Shown: positions 29,417-38,589 of the stretch, one piece after another
Position numbering within the stretch: the stretch's first letter is position 1
Layout of the letters: each line of letters starts with the position of its first letter
NCBI GenBank assembly: GCA_965205015.1
Contig: OZ242029.1
Location: 4,960,001-5,024,000, forward strand
Direction of reading: 5' to 3'
Source of the DNA: Candidatus Poribacteria bacterium
GTDB lineage: Bacteria > Poribacteria > WGA-4E > WGA-3G
Length of the DNA: 64,000 nt
Notes under the pieces: generated by a model
What the model saw: only the letters and a program-made list of their open reading frames with translations
The model's database searches: none
Told to the model about the DNA's origin: nothing
Made by a program: the position numbers and the translations under genes

Positions 29417-29470
29417 ATCTTTGCACCATTGCAACACCGTCTATTAACCCAAGTTCCATTTTTTTATGGA

Positions 29471-29625
29471 TATAACCCGTTACAGGGTAGGCACGAGACC
29501 TACCCCTACAGGGTAGGCACGAGACCTGCCACAGGGTAGGCACAAGACCTACCACAGGGTAGGCACGAGACCTGCCACAGGGTAGGCACAAGACCTACCC
29601 CTACAAGGTGTCCTTTAGGGTTATA
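29471..29625. repeat. Five tandem REP-like units bounded by TATAACCC/GGGTTATA inverted repeats
   Basis: ACAGGGTAGGCACRAGACCTRCC(CCT) x5 at 29482-29602; no spacers. Confidence 0.9.
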
Positions 29626-29632
29626 GGCGTCC

Positions 29633-30907
29633 TCATTCCCGTTCCAATGCGCGATATCCGATGTCCCGCCGCGCGTGTGCATTCTCAAAATGAATGACGG
29701 AAACGCCTTTATACGCCTGTTGAATCGCATCGCGCAACCTGCCAGCCACAGCCGTGACCCCTAACACTCGACCGCCATCGGTGACAATGTTTTCACCCTT
29801 CTGCTTTGTGCCTGCATGAAAGACGGTAACGCCCTCAATCGCATCGGCATCTTCAAGCCCTGTGATCACTTTACCTGTCTGGTAGGGATCTGGATATCCA
29901 CCTGAAGCCATAACGACACACGCTGCTGCCTCGTCATGCCATTGCACATCAGCGTACTGTTCAAGCGTTCCGTCAATGCATGCGATTAGCAAAGGGACTA
30001 AATCACTTTTGAGGCGAGGTAAGAGAACTTGTATTTCAGGGTCTCCAAAACGACAGTTGAATTCCACGACTTTCGGACCGGCCTCGGTAATCATCAATCC
30101 GACGTATAGCACACCTTTGAAGGGTCTTCCAATATCTGCCATGCCGTTGACAGTCGGGTAAACGATGCGTTGCATTACATCGTCATGTAATACTGGTGTG
30201 ATAACAGGTGCTGGAGAATAAGCCCCCATTCCGCCAGTGTTTTTGCCTATGTCCCCATCATGTGACATCTTATGGTCTTGGGAGCTGACAAAAGGGAGAC
30301 AGTAGGTGCCATCGGTAAGCACTGTGAAAGAGGCTTCTTCACCGATGAGTTCCTCTTCAATGACGACACTATCGCCTGCCTCACCGAATGCCCTATCCAC
30401 CAAAATCGTTTTGACGGCTTGCCACGCCTCCTTGAAGGTGCGTCCGGGGATGACGCCTTTGCCTGCCGCGAGTCCATTTGCCTTAACGAAAACTGGGGCA
30501 TTGCGATCTTCAATGTATGCCATCGCTGCTTCGGCATCCGTAAATGTCTGGTGTTCCGCTGTCGGGATTCCGTTTTTTACCATCAGCTGCTTGGCGAAAT
30601 CTTTACTCGCTTCCAAGCGTGCTGCGCGTTTATCGGGTCCAAATGCCTTCAACCCGCGTTCACTGAAGACATCTATAATCCCGTCAGCCAATGGGGCTTC
30701 GGGTCCGACAACGGTTAGCGCAATGCCTTGGGACGCTGTCCAATCTGCCAAGTCGGTAAACCGATCGGGCATGGGGATAGATTCTGAGATTTGCGCGATG
30801 CCAGCATTACCGGGCGTGCAATAGATTTTTTCGACGAGTGGACTCTGGGCAAGTTTCCATACGAGCGTATGTTCGCGTCCGCCTTGCCCCACAACCAGAA
30901 TTTTCAT
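29633..30907 (-). CDS. purD: Phosphoribosylamine-glycine ligase
   Basis: GQGGREH, GPEAPL, GLAAGKGV, NTGGMG, EFNCRFGDPE. Confidence 0.98.
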   Translation of the reverse strand: MKILVVGQGGREHTLVWKLAQSPLVEKIYCTPGNAGIAQISESIPMPDRFTDLADWTASQGIALTVVGPEAPLADGIIDVFSERGLKAFGPDKRAARLEASKDFAKQLMVKNGIPTAEHQTFTDAEAAMAYIEDRNAPVFVKANGLAAGKGVIPGRTFKEAWQAVKTILVDRAFGEAGDSVVIEEELIGEEASFTVLTDGTYCLPFVSSQDHKMSHDGDIGKNTGGMGAYSPAPVITPVLHDDVMQRIVYPTVNGMADIGRPFKGVLYVGLMITEAGPKVVEFNCRFGDPEIQVLLPRLKSDLVPLLIACIDGTLEQYADVQWHDEAAACVVMASGGYPDPYQTGKVITGLEDADAIEGVTVFHAGTKQKGENIVTDGGRVLGVTAVAGRLRDAIQQAYKGVSVIHFENAHARRDIGYRALERE

Positions 30908-30930
30908 GCTTACATATCCTTTTTGACTGT

Positions 30931-31019
30931 ATTATAGCAGAATATGTTCGGAAAATCAAGCAATTTCGTCTGAAAGCCAACGCTTCTAATTTGACAAAGG
31001 ATGTCGTATCTGTTATAGT
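30931..31019. promoter_or_regulatory. Back-to-back sigma70 promoters (purD on minus, TA locus on plus)
   Basis: Minus strand TTGATT-N17-TATAAT (30959-30931); plus strand TTGACA-N17-TATAGT (30991-31019). Confidence 0.7.
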
Positions 31020-31078
31020 AATTTCGGTGTATCTTACAAATTCAGGTGTAACATTCACTGACAGAGAAAAAATCAATA

Positions 31079-31237
31079 ATGCGCAATACACAGCTCCGAG
31101 ACATAGAAGTTTACGAGACCTTAAATGGTCAAGTACCGTTCACTGAATGGTTTGCATCCATTCAAGATACAAAAACACAAACCAGAATTCGAGGACGACT
31201 TGATCGCCTGGAAAAAGGGAACTTTGGAGAAACAGCG
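31079..31237 (+). pseudogene. Truncated RelE/ParE-type addiction-module toxin (HI1419-like N-terminal half)
   Basis: YETLNGQVPFTEWF...RIRGRLDRLEKGNFG, after which toxin similarity stops. Confidence 0.75.
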
Positions 31238-31642
31238 ATGAGAAAGTACCGGAAATGGCGAGAAATCGTAATAGAGCAACTTGCAGCCGACTGGGATGCG
31301 GCATTTGACTATATTCAATTCGCAATGGAAGAATACCAAGTTGATGGGGATACCGCAGTGTTTCTGCTTGCCCTCCGAACGTTTGTAGAATCTCAAGGGG
31401 GTATTACTGAGCTTAGCAAAAAAACCGGCGTGAATAGAGAAATTTTCTCGAAAGTGCTTTCATCTGAGGAACCTCCGCGACTTGACATGTTCGTAACTAT
31501 TCTATCTGCCCTTGGGGGCAAACTTTCAATTAAACCGCTGGGATCCGAGGATTTTCGTGGAGAAAAGGAAGATGTGGATGCTGTGTTAGCAACATCAGAG
31601 GGTATAAAACCCGATATAGTATTCGCTAGAGATAACAAATAA
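31238..31642 (+). CDS. Addiction-module antidote HTH protein (HI1420-like), in frame with the toxin remnant
   Basis: GGAGA RBS; FLLALR..VESQGGITELSKKTG...PRLD...ILSALG. Confidence 0.8.
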   Translation: MRKYRKWREIVIEQLAADWDAAFDYIQFAMEEYQVDGDTAVFLLALRTFVESQGGITELSKKTGVNREIFSKVLSSEEPPRLDMFVTILSALGGKLSIKPLGSEDFRGEKEDVDAVLATSEGIKPDIVFARDNK

Positions 31643-31756
31643 TACCATTTCTAAGAGATTATATCGCATTGACAGATCACCTCAAAGACTGCACAGGCTA
31701 ACAGCCTATGCTACAAAGATCTCGTTTATTGAAGCATTTTCAATCAGAAATGGTAT
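31642..31756. mobile_element. MITE-like element with perfect 11-bp TIRs and an internal REP
   Basis: ATACCATTTCT (31642-31652) and AGAAATGGTAT (31746-31756); internal GCACAGGCTAACAGCCTATGCTAC. Confidence 0.7.
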
Positions 31757-31864
31757 AAGATCAGTTTTAATGCCACATAAGGACAGCCCAAGTTTTGAGC
31801 GAGATCTACGGTAAAATGCTTGCTGCTGCATGGCTCACTTAGATTGGGTAAGAGGAAACAGTCT

Positions 31865-32503
31865 ATGCGCTATTTGCGAGGTATCATTACATGGATTGAT
31901 TCATTGGAATCCGGCAGACAATTTCGGAGTTGGGCTGCAATTCTCGTCAAAATCCTTGCGGTGGTTGTTTTCGTAGGTATCAACGTATGGGGTATTGTAA
32001 CGTGCGTGGACACAATAGTCGCGAGCAAAGATTTGGAAATAACCCCACAGGCTCTTATCATCATTGGATCAATTTTGGAGGTTGGTATCACCTTTATTAT
32101 CGCCACAATCCTCGCGATGCTGTTTTGGAACAGAGCGAATAAACTCAAGCCCCTTGATAAGGACCCGAATTTCATTTTAATATCTATTGCGGTTATCATG
32201 GTCCAACTGTTTGGTGAAGTCAGTTTTCTCGTACTCATCGGGGTAGGTGTTCAAACATTGGTTGCTTCTATTTTCGGATCAGGTGCCCCGAATTTCGTGT
32301 ATATGCTCATAGACGACTTGGACGTAAATTTTGACTTTACTGTAGGTATAGTGCTGTTTTTGCTGGCTGTTCTCTGCAGCCCAGCCTTATTGATTGTCGC
32401 TTACTTCGCAGCAGAAAAGATCGATGTCAATGCCAATATAGCAGAGAGCCTCAATAACATAGAGGCGAAGTTGGTGTCTGAGGAACCTACTTCAGATTCA
32501 TAA
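31865..32503 (+). CDS. Hypothetical multi-pass membrane protein
   Basis: Four to five hydrophobic segments; GAGG RBS before ATG31865. Confidence 0.7.
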   Translation: MRYLRGIITWIDSLESGRQFRSWAAILVKILAVVVFVGINVWGIVTCVDTIVASKDLEITPQALIIIGSILEVGITFIIATILAMLFWNRANKLKPLDKDPNFILISIAVIMVQLFGEVSFLVLIGVGVQTLVASIFGSGAPNFVYMLIDDLDVNFDFTVGIVLFLLAVLCSPALLIVAYFAAEKIDVNANIAESLNNIEAKLVSEEPTSDS

Positions 32504-32536
32504 TCAATAGCCCTCGTTAGATGGAGGTTTTGAACG

Positions 32537-33205
32537 ATGTGCACGTATGTATTTTCACAACTCTCGGAAGAAACGCTCAAAACACTCGTAACGTTGAACG
32601 AAACGTACATTGCTCCAGAGAAATGGGAGAAAATGCAAATTCCCCTCACCGCAGAGGAGCACAGGCGGCTTGACGATATCAAATCAACGCTGTACCATCG
32701 GCATCTGGTCGTTATGAACGAGACGACGCTCTGGGCGCGTGCGATTTATCCGATGTTGGTACTTGCAGAACAAGGACATATTCAAGCGTGGAGTAGCGTA
32801 CCGCTGAAAGCCTCATACTTAACGTTTGAATTGGAAGGCGAAGCGGATGGTGCCCTTGCGCCTTCCCTCGGTGGACGTGTCCGCCCCCCTTATCTCATCG
32901 TGAATGAAGCAAAACGCGGTATTCATGCTCCTGATCCACAATTTCAACTCTACGGCGAAATGCTTGCCGCCGCATGGCTCAATTGGGAAAAAGACGCTAA
33001 TCCTGAACAAGAAGTTTTCGGGTGTTATACCGTCAATGACAGCTGGGCATTCGTGCGCGGTGTCGTCAGCGAGATTGAGACCGACAAACCAACGTTCACA
33101 CTTGATTTTTCGCCGGTATACAACGGAATATGGGATGCAGAACAGATCATTCAACTCCTGAAGTTTATCGTTGCGAAGCATTTGGAGGAGATAAAAAATG
33201 GCTGA
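32537..33205 (+). CDS. Putative PD-(D/E)xK nuclease-like protein; paralogue of 8812-9477
   Basis: Near-identical blocks (LWARAIYP, EGEADGALAPS, EAKRG, QLYGEMLAAAWLNW). Confidence 0.6.
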   Translation: MCTYVFSQLSEETLKTLVTLNETYIAPEKWEKMQIPLTAEEHRRLDDIKSTLYHRHLVVMNETTLWARAIYPMLVLAEQGHIQAWSSVPLKASYLTFELEGEADGALAPSLGGRVRPPYLIVNEAKRGIHAPDPQFQLYGEMLAAAWLNWEKDANPEQEVFGCYTVNDSWAFVRGVVSEIETDKPTFTLDFSPVYNGIWDAEQIIQLLKFIVAKHLEEIKNG

Positions 33206-35204
33206 ACAACATTACGAACTCGCCCATGTTTTTGCTAAGACTTCACAGCGTGTCAACGACGCACGCGGCGGCACGTCACGCGACCTCAACACCCCCTACA
33301 CTTTCCCCGGCTATACCAAAGCGGAATGGACCGAAAAAGCCGAAGCCTTACGTCAGCAGATTCGCGTGGCTAACGGTTTAATTCCAATACACGCACCGAC
33401 ACCGCTCAATGCCGAGATCTTTGGGAAAATTGAACGAGACGATTACACCATCGAAAAAGTCCACTTTGAACCGTTCCCCGGCTTCTTCACGACCGGAAAT
33501 TTGTACCGTCCATTAGGGAAACAGGGACCTTTTCCTGGGATTGTGAGTCCACACGGGCACTGGGGACGCGGGAGACTGGAGAATATCGAGCGGGGTTCAA
33601 TCCCCGGTCGTTGTATCAATTTCGCTAAGCAGGGTTACGTCATTTTTGCCTACGATATGCTCGGCTATAACGACAGTGGTAAACAGATAGAACACGGTTA
33701 CGGCGGCGCGTATGAAGAGCTGTGGGGACTCAGTGCGATGGGACTTCAGCTCCAGAACAGCATCCGTTCCATCGACTTTTTAGAGAGCCTGCCAGATGTG
33801 GATAATGAACGTATTGGGTGTACAGGCGCATCAGGCGGCGGCACACAGACCTTTATATTGACGGCAATTGATGAACGCATTAAGGTCTCGGCACCCGTCA
33901 ATATGATCTCAGCCACGATGCAAGGCGGCTGCATCTGTGAAAACGCCCCGAACCTGCGCTTAGATGTAAGCAATATTGAGATCGGCGCACTGATGGCCCC
34001 ACGTCCCCTCCTACTTGTGTCCGCGACAGGCGATTGGACAGTGAATACACCGACGGTTGAATACCCAGCCATCCGAAGCATCTATGCACACTTCGACGCA
34101 GAAGAGAGGGTACACCAAGTTCAGGTAGACGCAGAACATAACTATAATAAGGAAAGCCGCGAAGCGGTCTATGCCTGGTTTGCTAAATGGTTTTTGGGAG
34201 TAGAGGACACTTCGGCGTTTAAAGAGGTTGCATTTCAGGTTGAGCCAGATGAGGCCCTGCTGGTTTTCTCGGAACGCGATCTACCCCCGTACGCCCTGAA
34301 ACAGGACAAGTTTCTACCGGCTTGGATGAACAGATCCCAACAGGCGATCGAAAAAGTGAAGCCGACGAACGAAACAGAACTCCAAACATTTCGGGAAGAA
34401 ATGGGGAATGCGTTAGAACACGCTCTCGGATTAAACATCCCAAAAAGCACGGATGTAACGCTTGTTGAACCAGAGGACGCGTTTCCGACAACTTACCATG
34501 CGAATTTATCCGCGAGACACCTTGTCATCGGTAGAAAGGGTATGGGGGACGCCATCCCTTCCGTCCTATTTAGCTCAGAACCGCAAGTCGGACACGCTCC
34601 GGTAACGCTCATTGTTCATCCAGAGGGTAAGGCGAAGTTAATCAATCCAGAGACAGGCGAACCTTCTTCGCTGATCACGGATTTACTCGGTGCTAACCAG
34701 AAAGTATTGAGTATTGATGTTTTTGGGACGGGTGAGCATAGCGACTATGAGAGATCGGAAGATACCAACTACTTCACCACATATAACCGAACAACGGCAG
34801 CCCTACGCGTGCAAGATATTGTAACGGCACTGCACTGCTTCACAGACAGGGGCTATGTTTCAGAGGTGAACCTGATCGGGATAGGTGAAGCAGGATTGTG
34901 GAGTTTACTGGCAGCGGCATTTACGGACGTCAAAAACATCGTTGTGGATGCAGCACAATATGCGCTTGACAGTGACGCGGCGTTCTTGGAAACCTTACCG
35001 ATCCCGAGTATCCGTCGCGTAGGTGATCTTCGGACAGCCGGAACACTTGTCGCACCCCGACCGCTGACTATCCACAATACCGGTGATGTGTTTGATACAG
35101 GATGGATTGCTGAGGTCTACGGAAACATTGAGGCAAGCCAGTACTTACTTGTTGAAAAAGACAAGTTTTCCGATGAAGAGATCATTACACAGGTGATTGG
35201 GTAG
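33198..35204 (+). CDS. Acetylxylan esterase-like alpha/beta hydrolase, tandem domains
   Basis: PHGHW; nucleophile elbow GASGGG; APRPLL; the second domain has a degenerate elbow (GIGEAG). Confidence 0.8.
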   Translation: MAEQHYELAHVFAKTSQRVNDARGGTSRDLNTPYTFPGYTKAEWTEKAEALRQQIRVANGLIPIHAPTPLNAEIFGKIERDDYTIEKVHFEPFPGFFTTGNLYRPLGKQGPFPGIVSPHGHWGRGRLENIERGSIPGRCINFAKQGYVIFAYDMLGYNDSGKQIEHGYGGAYEELWGLSAMGLQLQNSIRSIDFLESLPDVDNERIGCTGASGGGTQTFILTAIDERIKVSAPVNMISATMQGGCICENAPNLRLDVSNIEIGALMAPRPLLLVSATGDWTVNTPTVEYPAIRSIYAHFDAEERVHQVQVDAEHNYNKESREAVYAWFAKWFLGVEDTSAFKEVAFQVEPDEALLVFSERDLPPYALKQDKFLPAWMNRSQQAIEKVKPTNETELQTFREEMGNALEHALGLNIPKSTDVTLVEPEDAFPTTYHANLSARHLVIGRKGMGDAIPSVLFSSEPQVGHAPVTLIVHPEGKAKLINPETGEPSSLITDLLGANQKVLSIDVFGTGEHSDYERSEDTNYFTTYNRTTAALRVQDIVTALHCFTDRGYVSEVNLIGIGEAGLWSLLAAAFTDVKNIVVDAAQYALDSDAAFLETLPIPSIRRVGDLRTAGTLVAPRPLTIHNTGDVFDTGWIAEVYGNIEASQYLLVEKDKFSDEEIITQVIG

Positions 35205-35263
35205 AGAAAAATTGGGCGGACACAAGGTCCGCCCTTACATTTGTGCGTGCGGTTCACCGACAT

Positions 35264-35327
35264 AAAAAAAAGAGCTCGGTAAGGTTGTTTGACGCTCGAT
35301 GCGGTTGGGGTGAAAGACCCTACCGAG
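35264..35327 (-). terminator. Large-loop intrinsic terminator after amtB
   Basis: Minus strand CTCGGTAGGGT..ACCTTACCGAG stem followed by a U8 tract. Confidence 0.65.
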
Positions 35328-35377
35328 TCTAAGGCAGTGAATTACCGAAACCACGCGACATCGGAAAGTGGACGCCT

Positions 35378-36751
35378 CTATGAGAGGTTGTATCCACGTT
35401 CGTTGTGTTGCGACAGATCGAGCCCTTGACGTTCCTCATCCTCTTCAACGCGTAAGCCGACCGTGGCATCCACAATTTTGAGAATAATAAACGAAAGCAC
35501 ACCACTCCAAACAATGGTAACAATGATACTGAGCAGTTGCGCCCACACCTGCGTTCCTATTGTCATACCGTCCGCTAATCCAACACCCCCTAAGCCATCG
35601 GCGACAAAAACGCCAGTCAACAAGGCACCGACAATTCCACCGATACCGTGAACACCGAATGCATCCAGGGAATCGTCATAACCGAGTTGTGTCTTCAGGC
35701 TGGTGGCACCCCAGAAACAGACAACACCGGAGACGATGCCGATAACAAGCGCGCCCATCGGTCCTACAGAGCCTGAGGCAGGGGTAATCGCGACCAATCC
35801 AGCCACTGCTCCTGTTACAATCCCCAAAGCACTCGGTTTGCCGTGTTTCGCCCATTCCACAAACATCCACGCAATAGCGGCGGTAGCAGTTGAAATCTGG
35901 GTAACGAGCATTGCCATGCCAGCGGCACCATCAGCAGCCACAGCACTACCCGCATTGAAGCCAAACCAACCCACCCAGAGCATCGAAGCCCCAACGACGG
36001 TGAGTGTCAAACTGTGTGGTGGCATCGGTGTTGTCTGGTAGCCGATCCGTTTGCCGACTAATATCGCAGCGACTAACGCTGCGATACCTGCGTTAATATG
36101 CACAACGGTTCCACCCGCGAAATCAAGCGCGCCGATAATATCGCCAAATAACGAACCATCCCCCGACCATGCCATGTGACAGAGCGGTGCGTAGACAATT
36201 ATCGACCACAGAACAGAGAAGATTAACATCGCCGAGAACTTCATCCGCTCCGCGAATGCGCCAGCGATGAGTGCGGGTGTAATAATCGCAAATGTCAACT
36301 GGAAGGTAATAAAAACGGTCTCGGGGATAGTCCCAGAAAGGGTGTCCACGCCGATACCCCGTAAAAACATGGTTCCGAGTCCACCGACAAAAGAGGTAAG
36401 CGTGACTTTCCCTGCCTCCATACCGGCGGTGTTAAAGGCAAGGCTGTAGCCACAGATAACCCAGATAATAGTAATCAACCCTGTCAATGCAAAACATTGC
36501 ATAAGCACAGAGAGGACATTTTGGACGCGCACGAGCCCGCCGTAGAAGAGCGCAAGCCCCGGAATCGTCATAAAGAGCACAAGGGCAGTTGACGTTAACA
36601 TCCAAGCAGTATCCCCTGAATCAGGGGCAGTTGCCTCTTGTGCCATCGCTAAACTTGGCAGACCACACAGCAATAAAATAACAATTAGCGTTCTAATTCG
36701 TGTATAACCAGATCGCTCCTTTGTAGATGGTGATGCACATCGTTGTTGCAT
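35378..36751 (-). CDS. amtB: Ammonium transporter, AmtB-type
   Basis: GDTAWML, FAERM, DFAGGTVVH, GWFGFNAGS, DDSLDAFGVHG. Start moved to ATG36751 (GGAGG RBS). Confidence 0.95.
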   Translation of the reverse strand: MQQRCASPSTKERSGYTRIRTLIVILLLCGLPSLAMAQEATAPDSGDTAWMLTSTALVLFMTIPGLALFYGGLVRVQNVLSVLMQCFALTGLITIIWVICGYSLAFNTAGMEAGKVTLTSFVGGLGTMFLRGIGVDTLSGTIPETVFITFQLTFAIITPALIAGAFAERMKFSAMLIFSVLWSIIVYAPLCHMAWSGDGSLFGDIIGALDFAGGTVVHINAGIAALVAAILVGKRIGYQTTPMPPHSLTLTVVGASMLWVGWFGFNAGSAVAADGAAGMAMLVTQISTATAAIAWMFVEWAKHGKPSALGIVTGAVAGLVAITPASGSVGPMGALVIGIVSGVVCFWGATSLKTQLGYDDSLDAFGVHGIGGIVGALLTGVFVADGLGGVGLADGMTIGTQVWAQLLSIIVTIVWSGVLSFIILKIVDATVGLRVEEDEERQGLDLSQHNERGYNLS

Positions 36752-37003
36752 CTGTATCCTCCATTCGATGAGTCTCGCAAGCCAAGGCTTGCTTTCAGTA
36801 CAAGCAGATGTCGCTTGTTTTTTTGTTGCTCTAAGGTAGACAACTTTGTCTACCGTTTCCATTTTTGTAGGGACAGGTAGTTGTGTCCCACTAACCGTTT
36901 CTTGAAAGAGAACCTCATTCGCAGAAGTTGTTGATTTAGCATTTTATCAGAATATCATAATAGTATCAAATTTTTAATTTTACCTTGCGGTTAAATGGTA
37001 GAT

Positions 37004-37073
37004 AAAAAAAGTGGAACGTCCACAGAACGTGAAGTAACTCAGGGATATAAGTGAAACTTCGTGTGGACGTTCC
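37004..37073 (-). terminator. Long hairpin terminator after the amt at 37128-38465
   Basis: GGAACGTCCACA / TGTGGACGTTCC 12-bp stem, inner GAAGT/ACTTC pairing, and U7 on the minus strand. Confidence 0.75.
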
Positions 37074-37127
37074 TATTCGGTTTTCAGTCTCCGTCTTATT
37101 TGGAGCGAAGACTATATCGCAATATAT

Positions 37128-38465
37128 TTAACGCATCGAGGAAACATTAAAGTCAGGATAAGCACTTGCGCCGTGTTCTTCGTAGTCCAGTCCTGTTTGT
37201 TCTTCCTCTTCACTCACCCGTAAACCTGTAACAGCCTTAATTCCGTAGAACAGAATAAAGCCAGTAACGAGGCACCATGCGAGAACGGCAACGACACCGA
37301 CGATTTGTGCCCAGAGGAGTGTAAATCCTCCACCGAAGAAAAGGCCACTTGAGCTGTCGAAAAATCCGAGGAGAATTGTACCTAAGGCACCACACGTTCC
37401 ATGTACGGAGATGGCACCGACCGGGTCATCAATGCGGAGTTTCTCAAACAACAGAACACTCAGAACAACAACAATACCACCGAGCGCGCCAATAATCGCG
37501 GCGGATACTGGATTCACAGACGCACAACCGGCAGTAATTGCTACCAATCCAGCGAGTGCACCGTTGAGCGACATACCAGCATCGGGTTTGCCAAGAAAAA
37601 TCCACGCGGTAATCATAGCAGTAATTGCACCTGCGGCAGCAGCGAGGTTCGTGGTTACGGCAATACCGGAAATTTCAGCGGCATCGGCACCCATTTGACT
37701 CCCGGGATTAAATCCGAACCAACCGAGCCATAAGATAAAGACCCCGAGTGCAGCGAGCGGGAGATTGTGCCCAGCAATCGGTCGTGGATTTCCATCGCTA
37801 TCGTATTTACCGGCACGGGGACCTAAGACAACAGCACCCGTCAGTGCGAGCCAACCACCGGTTGAGTGAACGACTGTAGATCCTGCGAAATCTGACATAC
37901 CAAAGTCTGATAGCCAACCCCCACCCCAAATCCAGTGTCCAACAACAGGGTAGATGATACCGGTGATGAAGACGCTGTAAATCAGGTAGCTTTTGAACTG
38001 TGTCCGTTCCGCCATTGCACCGGAAACGATAGTTGCGGCGGTTGCGGCGAACACCAATTGGAAGAGCCATGCGGCGTGTGTCGGGACAGAACTCCACTCT
38101 AACGAGGTAAAGGCACTCGAATCAGCGGGAACGAACCATCCGCTTGTTCCCATGAAGGCGTTACCAACACCGAACATAATGGCGAAACCGATTGCCCAAT
38201 AAGCAATTGAACCCATTGAGAAGTCCAGCAAGTTTTTCATTAGAATGTTAACAGCGTTCTTGGCACGGGTGAAGCCAGACTCCACCATAGCGAACCCTGC
38301 CTGCATAAAGAAAACCAGAAATGCAGCGACGAGCACCCACAATGTGTCTGCCATATACTTTGCGTCAGAAACCTTCTCACCTTCAATGGATCCGTTTAAG
38401 GCGAAAACGTTCAGGCTCAGCAAACATGTGAGTACCAAAACTGTTATGATAATCTTACTTTTCAT
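37128..38465 (-). CDS. amt: Ammonium transporter, Amt1-type
   Basis: FFMQAGFAMVE, SGAMAER, DFAGSTVVH, DDPVGAISVHG. Confidence 0.95.
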   Translation of the reverse strand: MKSKIIITVLVLTCLLSLNVFALNGSIEGEKVSDAKYMADTLWVLVAAFLVFFMQAGFAMVESGFTRAKNAVNILMKNLLDFSMGSIAYWAIGFAIMFGVGNAFMGTSGWFVPADSSAFTSLEWSSVPTHAAWLFQLVFAATAATIVSGAMAERTQFKSYLIYSVFITGIIYPVVGHWIWGGGWLSDFGMSDFAGSTVVHSTGGWLALTGAVVLGPRAGKYDSDGNPRPIAGHNLPLAALGVFILWLGWFGFNPGSQMGADAAEISGIAVTTNLAAAAGAITAMITAWIFLGKPDAGMSLNGALAGLVAITAGCASVNPVSAAIIGALGGIVVVLSVLLFEKLRIDDPVGAISVHGTCGALGTILLGFFDSSSGLFFGGGFTLLWAQIVGVVAVLAWCLVTGFILFYGIKAVTGLRVSEEEEQTGLDYEEHGASAYPDFNVSSMR

Positions 38466-38488
38466 GCGAAATATCTCCTTGTAGAACG

Positions 38489-38580
38489 GCAGTCAGTTAT
38501 CAGTTGTCAGCAGTCAGTGAAGAGAGACTGATATATCAAACGCCTCTTGTTACGCATAACTCATAACCAACAACTGATAG
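38489..38580. repeat. Heptamer-armed hairpin element
   Basis: (CAGTTRT)n..AAGAG..CTCTT..(AYAACYG-like)n; TATCAGTTG/CAACTGATA perfect inverted repeat. Confidence 0.75.
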
Positions 38581-38589
38581 TTTCCATCT

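Noticed and set aside
29482-29602. Possible CRISPR array
   Set aside because: The repeats abut with no unique spacers, no cas genes are present, and the unit matches dispersed REPs.
29291-29730. Small ORFs with repeated CLPC/VPTL motifs
   Set aside because: Translations of the REP array.
36863-37127. Hidden glnK between the amt genes
   Set aside because: Too short for a ~112-aa PII protein, and occupied by a terminator and a repeat.
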